Shown here piece by piece: positions 1 through 9,224 of a DNA stretch of 64,000 nt; the first letter of the stretch is position 1; each line of letters begins with the position of its first letter. The notes below the pieces were generated by a model. It saw nothing but the letters and a program-made list of their open reading frames with translations, ran no database searches and was not told the origin of the DNA. This stretch comes from a virus. The stretch spans positions 32,001-96,000 of IMG/VR virus record IMGVR_UViG_3300027759_003534. One strand, given 5' to 3'. The translations under genes and the position numbers were made by a program.

Positions 1-767
1 GTTAAACTAACAGGAGCTAGTGTGCCTTGGATTGTGGGCCAGGATGTTTTCCATTCGTCACTGCCAAGTAGAACCCAAGTGTTATATAAATCTTGGGCTG
101 TAGCACCATCTTGTAACCATCCTGGTGCTTGATTAACACCGTTAACTGTGGTAGGGCCACCACGCTTGTAGTAAGTTGGATTGAAAGTATTAGTTGCGGT
201 GACCGCGTAGTTGCCAATACTACCATAACTGTCTAGAGGCACTGTGCTTCCAGTCATTAAAAATGCTGTGTCAGTAATAAAACTAGGTATTTGATTAGTA
301 AATGCAGATGTGGTTTGATTCCATTCTTTTATACCCCAAGTACTGGTAGTAGTGTCAAACCAGTAAGTGCCGTTGGCAGGTGCGCCAACTGGGCGAGTTA
401 AACTGGCTGTAAGGGCAGCCAAGTCAATATCTGCTCGCATCACATAGGCAATGTTGGTTACTCCCAGGGCCGAATATCCAGCCAACAAGCCGTATTCGTT
501 GAGTTCATATCCGTTAATCGGAGTACCAGCTGTGGTATTGTAAAAGAATGGAACGCCAAATGTACTGAGTAGGTCTCGCTGACTTGTCATCAAATACAGT
601 TTGTTAGCATTGACTGCCAATGTTCCTGGAGCAATTCCAGTACCTGCGCCAGAGATTTTGTTCTCTGCAGTTGCCAATAAAATAAATGGTACTGAGCTAG
701 CAGCAGCGGGTGTGTAATTGCTTTGGTCAATTACACTGACTTGTACACCTGGGGAGATTAAGGCCAT
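1..767 (-). CDS. gp18: Tail sheath protein, N-terminal part (runs off the left edge; missing from the ORF track)
   Basis: Manual translation from ATG at 767: MALISPGVQVSVIDQSNYTPAAASSVPFILLATAENK, matching the SPGV start of T4-like sheath proteins. Preceded by an AAGGA RBS and TAAATA at 795-800. Frame reads ...QGTLAPVSL at base 1. Confidence 0.9.
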   Translation of the reverse strand, partial: MALISPGVQVSVIDQSNYTPAAASSVPFILLATAENKISGAGTGIAPGTLAVNANKLYLMTSQRDLLSTFGVPFFYNTTAGTPINGYELNEYGLLAGYSALGVTNIAYVMRADIDLAALTASLTRPVGAPANGTYWFDTTTSTWGIKEWNQTTSAFTNQIPSFITDTAFLMTGSTVPLDSYGSIGNYAVTATNTFNPTYYKRGGPTTVNGVNQAPGWLQDGATAQDLYNTWVLLGSDEWKTSWPTIQGTLAPVSL

Positions 768-794
768 AACTAATTCCTTTTTATTAATTAAAGA

Positions 795-800
795 TATTTA
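795..800 (-). promoter_or_regulatory. Late (gp55-type) promoter
   Basis: GATAAATA 27 nt upstream of the sheath ATG. Confidence 0.65.
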
Positions 801-855
801 TCGGTTATGTCAAAAAGAACGGTGTTATGACGGCCTATATGTAGGTCCGCTCAGC

Positions 856-861
856 TAAATA
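856..861 (+). promoter_or_regulatory. Late promoter
   Basis: GCTAAATA 5 nt before ATG 867. Confidence 0.65.
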
Positions 862-866
862 TCCAT

Positions 867-1214
867 ATGACCAGGCCTATTTGCCCAGAATGTAAACAAC
901 GGCCTAGGGCTGTAGCTTATCACAAATATGATCGAATTTATTATCGTAGCATGTGCACCTGGTGTTTGAATAAATCTAAGAAAAAAAAAGCTCCAAAACC
1001 ATTGTGGCAATTAAATGGTTATAAGAAAAAACCCACATGTGATCGATGTGGGTTTAGAGCCAAGTTTGCGGCTCAGCTGTTGGTGTATCATGCAGATGGT
1101 AATTTACACAATACTACTCTTAGAAATTTAAAAACTGTTTGTCAGAACTGTGTGGTGGAAATTGCCAAGACTGATCTGCCTTGGTCTCCAGGAGACCTTG
1201 AACCAGACGTTTAA
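867..1214 (+). CDS. Small zinc-finger / HNH-like endonuclease
   Basis: CPEC, CTWC, CDRC and CQNC pairs; YHADGNLHNTTLRNLKTVCQNC resembles an HNH motif. Confidence 0.65.
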   Translation: MTRPICPECKQRPRAVAYHKYDRIYYRSMCTWCLNKSKKKKAPKPLWQLNGYKKKPTCDRCGFRAKFAAQLLVYHADGNLHNTTLRNLKTVCQNCVVEIAKTDLPWSPGDLEPDV

Positions 1215-1818
1215 CTTGGGCATATAACGGGTCTAGCCCATCTGCATTGTTGTCAATTACAGCATCAAACTCAGTGCCAATCCATGCCCATTCACTAGGG
1301 TGGATTCCTAGATTATTTAAAATTTCTGTAGAAGCATTAGGTTGTGGGTGCTGATTTGCTACTTGTGCTACGCTGAACCACTCAGGTTCCGATCCACGCA
1401 CTACACGAATTACAATACCACCTGCGTTGCGAACTGCTTGGATTTCGTTAGGAAAACGGACGTCGGTAATAACAATATCGTTGTGTGCTCGATTAAGTTT
1501 ATTTTCAAGGCTGGCAATCCAGGTATCGTCGTGCCAGCTTCTACGGGCCACTTCTGTTCCCCACTTTTGTAGCACCAATCTAGGAGTCAAGTCGGGCATG
1601 TTTAACCGATTGGCCCACCATGGATCTACGGTCTCTCTCCAGGCTCTGCTCTCTGTTGTGCGGCCTTCTAGTAGCTCACGATCCCACCCGAACACAGCGG
1701 CTACAGCGTCTTTGAGCGTGGCGGCAAAACTATCTCGTTTAAAGCCGTAAATATTTTGCAGGTAATCGGCGATGGTATCTTTACCTGATCCTTGAAAGCC
1801 AGCAATACCAATAATCAT
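1120..1818 (-). CDS. gp1: Deoxynucleoside monophosphate kinase (T4 gp1-like)
   Basis: P-loop IIGIAGFQGSGKDT, TPRLVLQKWGTE, VITDVRFPNE, SEWAW. Confidence 0.9.
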   Translation of the reverse strand: MIIGIAGFQGSGKDTIADYLQNIYGFKRDSFAATLKDAVAAVFGWDRELLEGRTTESRAWRETVDPWWANRLNMPDLTPRLVLQKWGTEVARRSWHDDTWIASLENKLNRAHNDIVITDVRFPNEIQAVRNAGGIVIRVVRGSEPEWFSVAQVANQHPQPNASTEILNNLGIHPSEWAWIGTEFDAVIDNNADGLDPLYAQVKRLVQGLLETKADQSWQFPPHSSDKQFLNF

Positions 1819-2336
1819 CTAATTTCCTTCACGTTTAAATGTCGTAATGTGGCCTGTAACATGTCAATCTGTCTGCGACAATCTTCAAGGGCATGATGGC
1901 TAGTAGGTGGTTTAGGCAACTCTGGCCACAGGCTGTAGATGGTTCTGGCATCGCGCACATTGTAAAATTGCCAAGGCAAACTTTTGCCGTAGCTCTTGTA
2001 AGCATGTTCAAGTATGTTCATGTCGTAACATATACCATTGGCCCAGATGAATTTGTGTTGCCAGGCTAACTTGTACAGGCTATCCAAGGCTTGGTCAAGG
2101 TCTACCCGACCTTCTTCCATAAATGCCTCAGCTTGTGCTTCTGGTTGGGTGGCCCACCAATCTATAGTGTCTTGTTGTATAGTACGGTTTTCTTGGCTCT
2201 CTAAGGTAATGCGGGCATAGTATTGGCGATCATAGTGGCCGGTACCAAATGGATCAAAGCTTTGGGCTGCAATGGTTAAAATGGTTGCGTCAGGACCAGT
2301 TCCTAAACCTTCTATGTCAATCATTAATGAGCTCAT
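1815..2336 (-). CDS. DEDD 3'-5' exonuclease (Rv2179c/DUF5051-like)
   Basis: LMIDIEGLG, WANG..YDMNILEHAY, RDART, HHALED motifs. Confidence 0.8.
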   Translation of the reverse strand: MSSLMIDIEGLGTGPDATILTIAAQSFDPFGTGHYDRQYYARITLESQENRTIQQDTIDWWATQPEAQAEAFMEEGRVDLDQALDSLYKLAWQHKFIWANGICYDMNILEHAYKSYGKSLPWQFYNVRDARTIYSLWPELPKPPTSHHALEDCRRQIDMLQATLRHLNVKEIR

Positions 2337-2342
2337 GCTAAG

Positions 2343-2371
2343 AGTATAGCATGATTTTAAGAGTAAGTCTA
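2343..2371 (-). promoter_or_regulatory. sigma70-type promoter for exonuclease and kinase
   Basis: TAGACT-17 nt-TATACT with a TG extension, just upstream of ATG 2336. Confidence 0.6.
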
Positions 2372-2378
2372 GAGGGCG

Positions 2379-3149
2379 TTAGCCAATTACCCAGCTAAGT
2401 GGTTGTGAACCATCCACATAATTCTTGAGTTCTTCAATTAATTTGTCCATACTTGCTTGTGCTTCGGCTTTCATGGCTGTGCCATTAAGTGATGATCCAC
2501 CCTGTGGTCCAGCCAGAGTGGCAAATTTTTCACGTGCTTCGCCAATGATTAATTTGCAGTTGGCGGTCATGTAGTCACGGATCCATTGAACAATTTGGAA
2601 ATCGCTTAGGAGATTAAATTCGGGTTTGAGATTGTAGCACCAGAGCAACACCGCTTCGCCTGTGCCTTTGGGATCACGGATTAGTTGTAGCTTTTTAGTT
2701 ACCGGATTCCAAGTATAATTCATATAAGCACCAAACATACGTCCGGCCAATTCTACATACTGACTGTAGAAGTCATAGGTAGCAAGACCGCCAGCCACGT
2801 TGAAATTCATTAGGTACACGTTCATACTTGCTTGACTGAATGGATCAAAATTTGACGCAAACGGGCCGGTTGAATCGCCGAATGTTCTACGGAAAATCTG
2901 TCTAACTGATTGTACTTCTTGTGGCAGGTCGTAGATATTAACGTTGGTTACCAACTCCATGAAGATATAACTTTCTTCATAGGCGTTTTGTGCTCGCTGG
3001 CGATACACACCAATAGTACGTTGATAGGCCGCTTCGTAGTGTTCAGCATCCAACTCAATGTCAATGATTTGATCGCCTAGTTGTAGACGTACATAATCGA
3101 TGAGATTTTGTTTTAATGTATCTAAGCTGGATTGATTTTCTAAGGCCAT
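2379..3149 (-). CDS. gp13: Neck protein (gp13-like head-tail adaptor)
   Basis: YVRLQLGDQIIDIELD, WIRDYMTANCKLIIGEAREKF, GGSSLNG motifs; located in the neck cluster. Confidence 0.8.
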   Translation of the reverse strand: MALENQSSLDTLKQNLIDYVRLQLGDQIIDIELDAEHYEAAYQRTIGVYRQRAQNAYEESYIFMELVTNVNIYDLPQEVQSVRQIFRRTFGDSTGPFASNFDPFSQASMNVYLMNFNVAGGLATYDFYSQYVELAGRMFGAYMNYTWNPVTKKLQLIRDPKGTGEAVLLWCYNLKPEFNLLSDFQIVQWIRDYMTANCKLIIGEAREKFATLAGPQGGSSLNGTAMKAEAQASMDKLIEELKNYVDGSQPLSWVIG

Positions 3150-3172
3150 GTAAGGAAGCTCCGTGTTCCCTG

Positions 3173-3178
3173 TATTTA
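3173..3178 (-). promoter_or_regulatory. Late promoter
   Basis: GCTAAATA upstream of the gp13-like gene. Confidence 0.65.
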
Positions 3179-3183
3179 GCTGT

Positions 3184-4329
3184 TTACCAAGCCCACAGTA
3201 TGATCATGTTGTCGTTGCCACGACCATTAAATTTAGTTTCTGTAGCTTTGATTTCACCAAATGCCTTGCGAGCCGCTGGTTTTCCACCGCCAGTAACTGC
3301 TTTGATTTGTTCAGCTGGTTTACGCAGTGTTTTTTGGACTGTAGCTAGTGTGTCAAATCCTGCAATAGCACTACCTTTAATTGTAAAGGTCCCAATGTGG
3401 CTATCTGCCATGACATGAATCAATCGACGTTTGGCCGTGTCATATAACCATGCTTCACTTGCATTTACTAATTTAGTAACTGGCTCTGATTTAAGACCAA
3501 GTTCTTCAAACTCTCGTAAAAACTTGAATTTGCGTGTGAGTTTTTCTGGGCTTACAGCTTTCTTGGCACGTGGTTTGCGTTCTACTTTCTTCAGTTGCAC
3601 ATAACTGCTGCAGTCATTGATCACTGTTTCGCAAAATTTGACACAATTACGAAGTTGTATTTTTGTAAGGTGACTGTAGCCTTCTACTAGGTCAGCATCC
3701 TCACCTGCCAACACTTCTGTAAACTCTGCTAGCCGTAGTTGCCAAACAGCTGATACGGTTCCTGTCATGTTGGGACTGATATTCATGCCACGCATGAGTT
3801 TGATTGGGCTAAAATCTGCACTCATCTTTGCGCCAGCTACTATAAAATCATCAAACATACCTTCAAGTTCGCCACAGCACTCTGATACTTTTTCACGCAG
3901 GTGATCTTGGATTGTGAGTCGGGCTACAGCCGTGTCGGCATCTACTTCACTTTGTTCGCGTTTCTTTTCTTGCTTGACTCGAAGCATCTGACTAATTTGC
4001 TCATCAACAATGCTCTGTTCGTGTTCGTTAAGCACAAGACCTAACAATGTCATTCGACATACCCATGCTGGTGTAAGACGAATCTGGCTGTCCGGAATAC
4101 CACGCATGGTCTTGGCATCTTTGGATCGAGTGTTGTGCTCTAAATAATGACACAGCATATCCTTGGCATCTTTTTTGCCATAGTGATAGTTGTACCACTG
4201 AAACGCATTAGCAAAACTGCTGATGCGATTTTCTTCAGTGGGTTGAAAGTTCCACTCAGGTTCGTGCCCTACATATTTGGTTTCAGCACCCTTGGGGTTT
4301 AGTCTTTTGATTTCGTTTGATTTAGCCAT
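3184..4329 (-). CDS. Hypothetical protein (~381 aa; start moved to MAKSNE)
   Basis: Long ORF. A sigma70 promoter at 4337-4365 overlaps the ORF-track start, so ATG 4329 is preferred. Confidence 0.75.
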   Translation of the reverse strand: MAKSNEIKRLNPKGAETKYVGHEPEWNFQPTEENRISSFANAFQWYNYHYGKKDAKDMLCHYLEHNTRSKDAKTMRGIPDSQIRLTPAWVCRMTLLGLVLNEHEQSIVDEQISQMLRVKQEKKREQSEVDADTAVARLTIQDHLREKVSECCGELEGMFDDFIVAGAKMSADFSPIKLMRGMNISPNMTGTVSAVWQLRLAEFTEVLAGEDADLVEGYSHLTKIQLRNCVKFCETVINDCSSYVQLKKVERKPRAKKAVSPEKLTRKFKFLREFEELGLKSEPVTKLVNASEAWLYDTAKRRLIHVMADSHIGTFTIKGSAIAGFDTLATVQKTLRKPAEQIKAVTGGGKPAARKAFGEIKATETKFNGRGNDNMIILWAW

Positions 4330-4336
4330 AGTGTTT

Positions 4337-4365
4337 ATTGTATAGTAAAGTTTGAGTAAGGTCAA
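4337..4365 (-). promoter_or_regulatory. sigma70-type promoter
   Basis: TTGACC-17 nt-TACAAT. Confidence 0.7.
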
Positions 4366-4613
4366 CCAAGCAGGTTGGCCAAGGTTATGTGTTGTTCTAA
4401 ATTGGTCAGCAGATCGGCTACTTGTTTTACCAGCTCACGATAGCGTGGTGTTTCTTTATGCAATCTACGACATTCTACGCTTTCCATGTCAGCAGCTACA
4501 ATGGCTTGATCCACTGCCCTGGTCATTTTGAGCAGGTCGCGGCGAGCTACCTTGTTTTTAACCTGGGCTATGTGCTTTTCAGCCCGATCTAGTCTTTGAA
4601 ATAACTCGTCCAT
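4362..4613 (-). CDS. Hypothetical helical protein (83 aa)
   Basis: ORF with its own near-consensus promoter. Confidence 0.7.
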   Translation of the reverse strand: MDELFQRLDRAEKHIAQVKNKVARRDLLKMTRAVDQAIVAADMESVECRRLHKETPRYRELVKQVADLLTNLEQHITLANLLG

Positions 4614-4619
4614 TTTGTA

Positions 4620-4648
4620 ATTATACTGGCTTTTGAATTTGTAGTCAA
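4620..4648 (-). promoter_or_regulatory. sigma70-type promoter
   Basis: TTGACT-17 nt-TATAAT, 6 nt before ATG 4613. Confidence 0.8.
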
Positions 4649-4657
4649 TCTAACCGC

Positions 4658-4663
4658 TAAATA
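4658..4663 (+). promoter_or_regulatory. Late promoter
   Basis: GCTAAATA immediately before ATG 4665/4671. Confidence 0.65.
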
Positions 4664-4664
4664 C

Positions 4665-6023
4665 ATGACTATGCCAAGACTTTCCATGTGGCGTCCTAAT
4701 AGGACGAATGATTATCAGTTTTTAGACCGCACAATCTCCGAACAATACACTGTTGGAGGGCTTGACCTCTATATACACAAATACCTCGGGCCACAGGGCG
4801 CAGGTACAGACAATGGCAACAATGATGCCACTATACCAAATTATAATTCGACCAATCCTTTGTTTATTGAGGATTTGTTGCTGTTAGAAAATCGTGATAG
4901 AGTGTATGCCCCTGATGTGTTTGTCATGCGTGGTGTGTATCGCACACAAGACGTAGATTTTGATCTAACACAATTTGGTTTGTTTTTAAACAACGATACC
5001 TTGTTTATTACCTTTCACTATAATGACATGATTGACACGTTTGGGCGCAAGCTCATGAGTGGTGATGTAATTGAAGTGCCAAATTTAGCAGACTACCATC
5101 CCTTGGACAATACCTTGGTCAAAAGCCTGCCCCGTTATTATGTGATCCAGGATGCCAACTTTGCATCAGAAGGATTCAGTGTTACTTGGTTGCCACACCT
5201 GTGGCGAGTCAAGGCTACTCCAATGGTCAATGCTCAAGAGTACAGCCAGATTATCAATCAACCGTTTATGCCGGAGAATATCTGGGACAATGGAAATTTT
5301 TATCCAGCTGGTACCATTGTCAACTATGGCAACACCTATTACCAGGCCTCACAAAATGTACCGGCAGGAACTGATATTACTGATACTGCCTATTGGACTG
5401 TAATTACCAATCCCAACACAGTGGGTGACAAACAAAGCACAAGGCCCAAAGATTTGGCCATCAACGATGCTATACTTACTCAGGCCTATCATGATGTGCC
5501 ACTGTCGGGCTATGACAATGTTAAATTTTATATCTTGCCCACTGGACCCAACGGTGAGCCAGGGCCGGCTGGTCTTACTGCTGATGACACATTCCCCACA
5601 GTAGACACTACTGAATCGGGCGATGGTATCACTCCCAAAGGATTTGGCTATGTTCAAGGTTACTTGACTGGGTCTACTCATGCTCCTAACGGCTTACCAG
5701 TCACACCCGGAGTGGCATTTCCGCCAAATCCAGTGTTGGGCAACTACTGTTTAAGACTAGATTATTTCCCTAATCGCCTGTTCCGTTACAACGGCCGGGC
5801 CTGGTTGGCCATCACAGACAATGTACGCACTGACCTTGACTATGCAACTGAGTCACTGACACAACGATCCAGTTTTGTAAACAATACCTACACAGTACCT
5901 ACCACAGACATTGGCAATATTCCAAGTCGTCAGAGTCTCAGTCAGATACTTGAAATACAACCCGACAACGGTGACCAAGGTGGCAATATTACACCACCTA
6001 ATCCAAGACCTCCAGGGAGATAA
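4665..6023 (+). CDS. gp14: Head-closure/neck protein (gp14-like) with an inserted CBM5/12-like module
   Basis: DLLLLENRDRVY, FDLTQFGLF, FITFHYNDM..FGRKLMSGDVIE motifs; adjacent to gp13- and gp15-like genes. Confidence 0.7.
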   Translation: MTMPRLSMWRPNRTNDYQFLDRTISEQYTVGGLDLYIHKYLGPQGAGTDNGNNDATIPNYNSTNPLFIEDLLLLENRDRVYAPDVFVMRGVYRTQDVDFDLTQFGLFLNNDTLFITFHYNDMIDTFGRKLMSGDVIEVPNLADYHPLDNTLVKSLPRYYVIQDANFASEGFSVTWLPHLWRVKATPMVNAQEYSQIINQPFMPENIWDNGNFYPAGTIVNYGNTYYQASQNVPAGTDITDTAYWTVITNPNTVGDKQSTRPKDLAINDAILTQAYHDVPLSGYDNVKFYILPTGPNGEPGPAGLTADDTFPTVDTTESGDGITPKGFGYVQGYLTGSTHAPNGLPVTPGVAFPPNPVLGNYCLRLDYFPNRLFRYNGRAWLAITDNVRTDLDYATESLTQRSSFVNNTYTVPTTDIGNIPSRQSLSQILEIQPDNGDQGGNITPPNPRPPGR

Positions 6024-6025
6024 TC

Positions 6026-7441
6026 ATCGCTCAGTTCTTTTACGATCAGCAACTACGTCGTTTTCTACTACAATTTGCTAGAGTGTTCAGCAACTTTGAC
6101 GTAGAGTATGGTGCCAACCAAGCTGGCCAAGGACCTGGGTCAGAGGAAGATACCCTAATACGTGTGCCGGTACGCTACGGTGATTCTAGTCGTCAGGCAC
6201 AGACTATTTTACAGAACAATTCAGCCAATGACATGCCAGCAACACCCCTGATGACATTTTATATCACAGATTTAAAATATGATCGTCCCAGGATGCAGGA
6301 ACCGTACTTTGTAAACAACATAGCAGTGCGTCAACGTACCTACGATAGTGCCACAGACACGTATGAAACCACACAAGGCAACGCATTTACCATTGAACGT
6401 GCCATGCCTGTTCCGTATGAGATGACTATAAATCTTGACATTTGGACATCAAATACCAATCAAAAAATGCAGTTGTTGGAACAGATTCTGACTTTGTTTA
6501 ATCCTGGGTTGGAAATACAAAGCACCGACAACTACATTGACTGGACCAGTTTAACTGTGCTGTATCTCAAGGATGTACGTTGGTCAAGTCGCACTATTCC
6601 TATTGATGCTGGCAATCCTATCGACGTTGCTACCTTATCGTTTACCCTGCCCATGTGGATCACTCCGCCAGCCAAGGTCAAGAAACTGGGTGTTATTGAA
6701 CGTATTATTGCTAGTGTGTACGATGCTCAAGGTGATCTTACCAACGCCCTAACCGACAGTGATTTGTTATTGGGTACTAGACAACGGTTCACCCCCTACG
6801 GCTACCAGGTCCTATTAATTGATAACAAATTACAGGCTCTTCGGCAACAACAGGTCATTAACGAACCCAATGCCAGCTTGACTCCGCCCGATAGCCCCAA
6901 TAGTAATCTGCTGTGGCACAGTATTGTAAACTTGTATGGCACACTACGTCCTGGCATTAGTTATATTACCCTAGAACAACCAGATGGCACAGACGTAACC
7001 GGAACTGTGGCTTTTGACCCTACTGATGATAGATTTTTATTGTTTACAGTAAATGCTGGTACTGTACCACCAAACACCTTGAGCCCAATTACGGCTGTGA
7101 TTGATCCAATTGCCAGTGGTCCTGGGGCTGGACTTGCTGTGGCCGCACTGGGGCAACGGTACTTGTTTACACAGGCCACTGGATCTTATGATAATCCAGG
7201 CTTGACCAATCCCAATTCTTGGAACGGCGTTGATGGCCAACCCTTGGTGGCCAATGCCAATGACATTGTGGAATACGATGGTGCTCGTTGGGCTGTGGTG
7301 TTTGACAGCACCAGCAGTCCTGCAAACATGCAGTACGTGACCAATATCACCACAGAACTACAGTATCGTTGGACTGGTTCAGCCTGGGTCAAGAGTTATC
7401 AAGGTTTATATCCTGGAGGACAATGGACACTGGTATTGTAA
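6026..7441 (+). CDS. gp15: Tail terminator/completion protein (gp15-like), probable non-canonical ATC start
   Basis: RVPVRYGD, VPYEMTINLDIWTSNTNQKMQLLEQILTLFNP, IDVATLSFTLPMWI. The frame is open upstream of GTG 6083 and reads (I)AQFFYDQQLRRFLLQFARVF from ATC 6026, behind a GGAG RBS. Confidence 0.75.
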   Translation: MAQFFYDQQLRRFLLQFARVFSNFDVEYGANQAGQGPGSEEDTLIRVPVRYGDSSRQAQTILQNNSANDMPATPLMTFYITDLKYDRPRMQEPYFVNNIAVRQRTYDSATDTYETTQGNAFTIERAMPVPYEMTINLDIWTSNTNQKMQLLEQILTLFNPGLEIQSTDNYIDWTSLTVLYLKDVRWSSRTIPIDAGNPIDVATLSFTLPMWITPPAKVKKLGVIERIIASVYDAQGDLTNALTDSDLLLGTRQRFTPYGYQVLLIDNKLQALRQQQVINEPNASLTPPDSPNSNLLWHSIVNLYGTLRPGISYITLEQPDGTDVTGTVAFDPTDDRFLLFTVNAGTVPPNTLSPITAVIDPIASGPGAGLAVAALGQRYLFTQATGSYDNPGLTNPNSWNGVDGQPLVANANDIVEYDGARWAVVFDSTSSPANMQYVTNITTELQYRWTGSAWVKSYQGLYPGGQWTLVL

Positions 7442-7863
7442 CAGCCGTGGGTGTTTGGTTTTATGCAATTAACACTCGTCGATACATGTATCTCATGCGT
7501 AATGACCCAAAGCATCCTGGTGCTTGGGGATTGCCGGGTGGCCGAGTAGAAGCAGGCGAAACCTTACTGGCGGCTATGAATCGCGAATGCTGTGAAGAAA
7601 TAGGTTTTGTTCCTGAATATTTTAGGATGATTCCTTTGGAAAAGTTTACCACCGCAGACGCAGGATTTGAGTATCACACTTTTTTCTGTATTGTTGACTC
7701 GGAATTCCAACCCACGCTCAACAATGAACACATAGGCTATGCCTGGATTGATTCAGGCACATGGCCTAGACCTATGCATCCAGGGTTGTGGAGCACTGTA
7801 AATTTTGAAGCTGTGCAAAACAAAATATTAACTATCGAGTCTACTGTTCAAACGTCGCAGTAG
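7423..7863 (+). CDS. Nudix hydrolase
   Basis: Nudix box GGRVEAGETLLAAMNRECCEEIG; GGAGG RBS before ATG 7423. Confidence 0.9.
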   Translation: MDTGIVTAVGVWFYAINTRRYMYLMRNDPKHPGAWGLPGGRVEAGETLLAAMNRECCEEIGFVPEYFRMIPLEKFTTADAGFEYHTFFCIVDSEFQPTLNNEHIGYAWIDSGTWPRPMHPGLWSTVNFEAVQNKILTIESTVQTSQ

Positions 7864-8510
7864 CCAATAAAGTCTCGATAAGTCATGGTCTGGGTATTGG
7901 CACAATTGACCCAGATATCAGGCATGCGAGTGGATTCTCCAACTAGATAAAATTTAGTACCAGAGTATGCGGCAAATATGTTGACAATTTGTTGCATCCA
8001 CTCATTGTGGTTGCCAGCGGTTTCATCTGTATAGCCCAACATGAATATTTCTTTGTGGCCGTCAAATGCCGCTAGATATACTACAGTGGCCAGGTCAACC
8101 AGTCTGGGTCGCAAGGGAATTAGATAAAATTCTCCTGGATGAGCAATACAATAACGTGGACTGGTATAAACAATGTTGTTGGTTTGATAACCAGTTTCTA
8201 AAATTTTAGTTAGGTTATCAATATTGGTTTCCACTGCAAAGTCCAGACGCATTTGTTGAGCAATGTCTCCAGTGCCATAGGTCTGCAATTTTTTACTGCC
8301 CAATAGCCCGCCGCGATGTCGTTGCAGTCTAGTGTAGTCAAAATGTGTGTAATCTAAGGTGCTACCAATGCAGGCCGCACGTCCACTGAGATGGTGGTTA
8401 ACGATAGGATTGTCAATCCATTCGCGAGTTTCAGATTTTTTACCACCGGACCACCGGGTCTCAAGTATGACAAATTCACCAAGGTAATCAGTACGATATT
8501 GTGCTTGCAT
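7848..8510 (-). CDS. Putative CstII/Maf(MptE)-fold glycosyltransferase-like protein; paralog of 31745-32332
   Basis: RAACIG / QTYGTG / LAAFDGHKEIFMLGY align by eye with RAFVLG / TVYGCN / LAAQDGNTRIYLLGF. Confidence 0.5.
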   Translation of the reverse strand: MQAQYRTDYLGEFVILETRWSGGKKSETREWIDNPIVNHHLSGRAACIGSTLDYTHFDYTRLQRHRGGLLGSKKLQTYGTGDIAQQMRLDFAVETNIDNLTKILETGYQTNNIVYTSPRYCIAHPGEFYLIPLRPRLVDLATVVYLAAFDGHKEIFMLGYTDETAGNHNEWMQQIVNIFAAYSGTKFYLVGESTRMPDIWVNCANTQTMTYRDFIGYCDV

Positions 8511-8529
8511 TAAAAGTGTCGATTAACTC

Positions 8530-9003
8530 TCAAACTGGCTCGCCGGGCAGGTCAATCCAAGGGAAGCCAGATTGAGCCGGCACGTCTCTTAATGCTTGGC
8601 AATAATCTTTCCAGGCTTGTGAAGGTGTCAGGTCGCTACGAAAACGCCAATCGGTTTCAGCCAATTTAGCATTACGCTCTTGACGTACAGAATTTGCTTG
8701 GGCCGTGGTTTGTGCATCTTGCTCTTCTTGAGTTAAGGTTTCAATTGACCACCCCAGGGTCCAAACACCGTTGACCAAAGCAGGCACAGTATCTGGAACA
8801 ATTTTTTGAGTTTGTTTATTAAATGTGGGTTCGTCTGCCGGTGTTACACGCACCAGCTCATTGCCATCTAAGTTGTCTTTTGTGCCAGTGTACATCGCAA
8901 GCAGATCGGCTTGATTAAACGCGGTGTAAGGGTTCTTTTTGCATAGCGTGTCGTAGTCGTAAGGAAATGTAACTACCGCTCCATTTTTTATTTCTGCAAA
9001 CAT
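8530..9003 (-). CDS. Tail fibre assembly chaperone-like protein
   Basis: C-terminal VRQERNAKLAETDW...WKDYCQALRDVPAQSGFPW motif. Confidence 0.8.
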   Translation of the reverse strand: MFAEIKNGAVVTFPYDYDTLCKKNPYTAFNQADLLAMYTGTKDNLDGNELVRVTPADEPTFNKQTQKIVPDTVPALVNGVWTLGWSIETLTQEEQDAQTTAQANSVRQERNAKLAETDWRFRSDLTPSQAWKDYCQALRDVPAQSGFPWIDLPGEPV

Positions 9004-9224
9004 ACTTTTTCTCCAATAATTATTGTTGAGGTTTCTTTGTCTACTGTGATAGTACCTTCACAGCACATACTCCAATCTTCGCCTGTCTTTGCGCCCCATG
9101 ATGGCACATTGATCTGTACGTTCTTAACTACATACTCTTTGTTGTTGTCAAATACTCGCCATACGTGGTCAATGGATCCTCGCCCTGGCAGTCCTCGAGT
9201 CTTGTTGTAGCGCACACAAATCAT
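8988..9224 (-). CDS. Hypothetical protein (78 aa)
   Basis: ORF tiles tightly between its neighbours. Confidence 0.65.
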   Translation of the reverse strand: MICVRYNKTRGLPGRGSIDHVWRVFDNNKEYVVKNVQINVPSWGAKTGEDWSMCCEGTITVDKETSTIIIGEKVCLQK

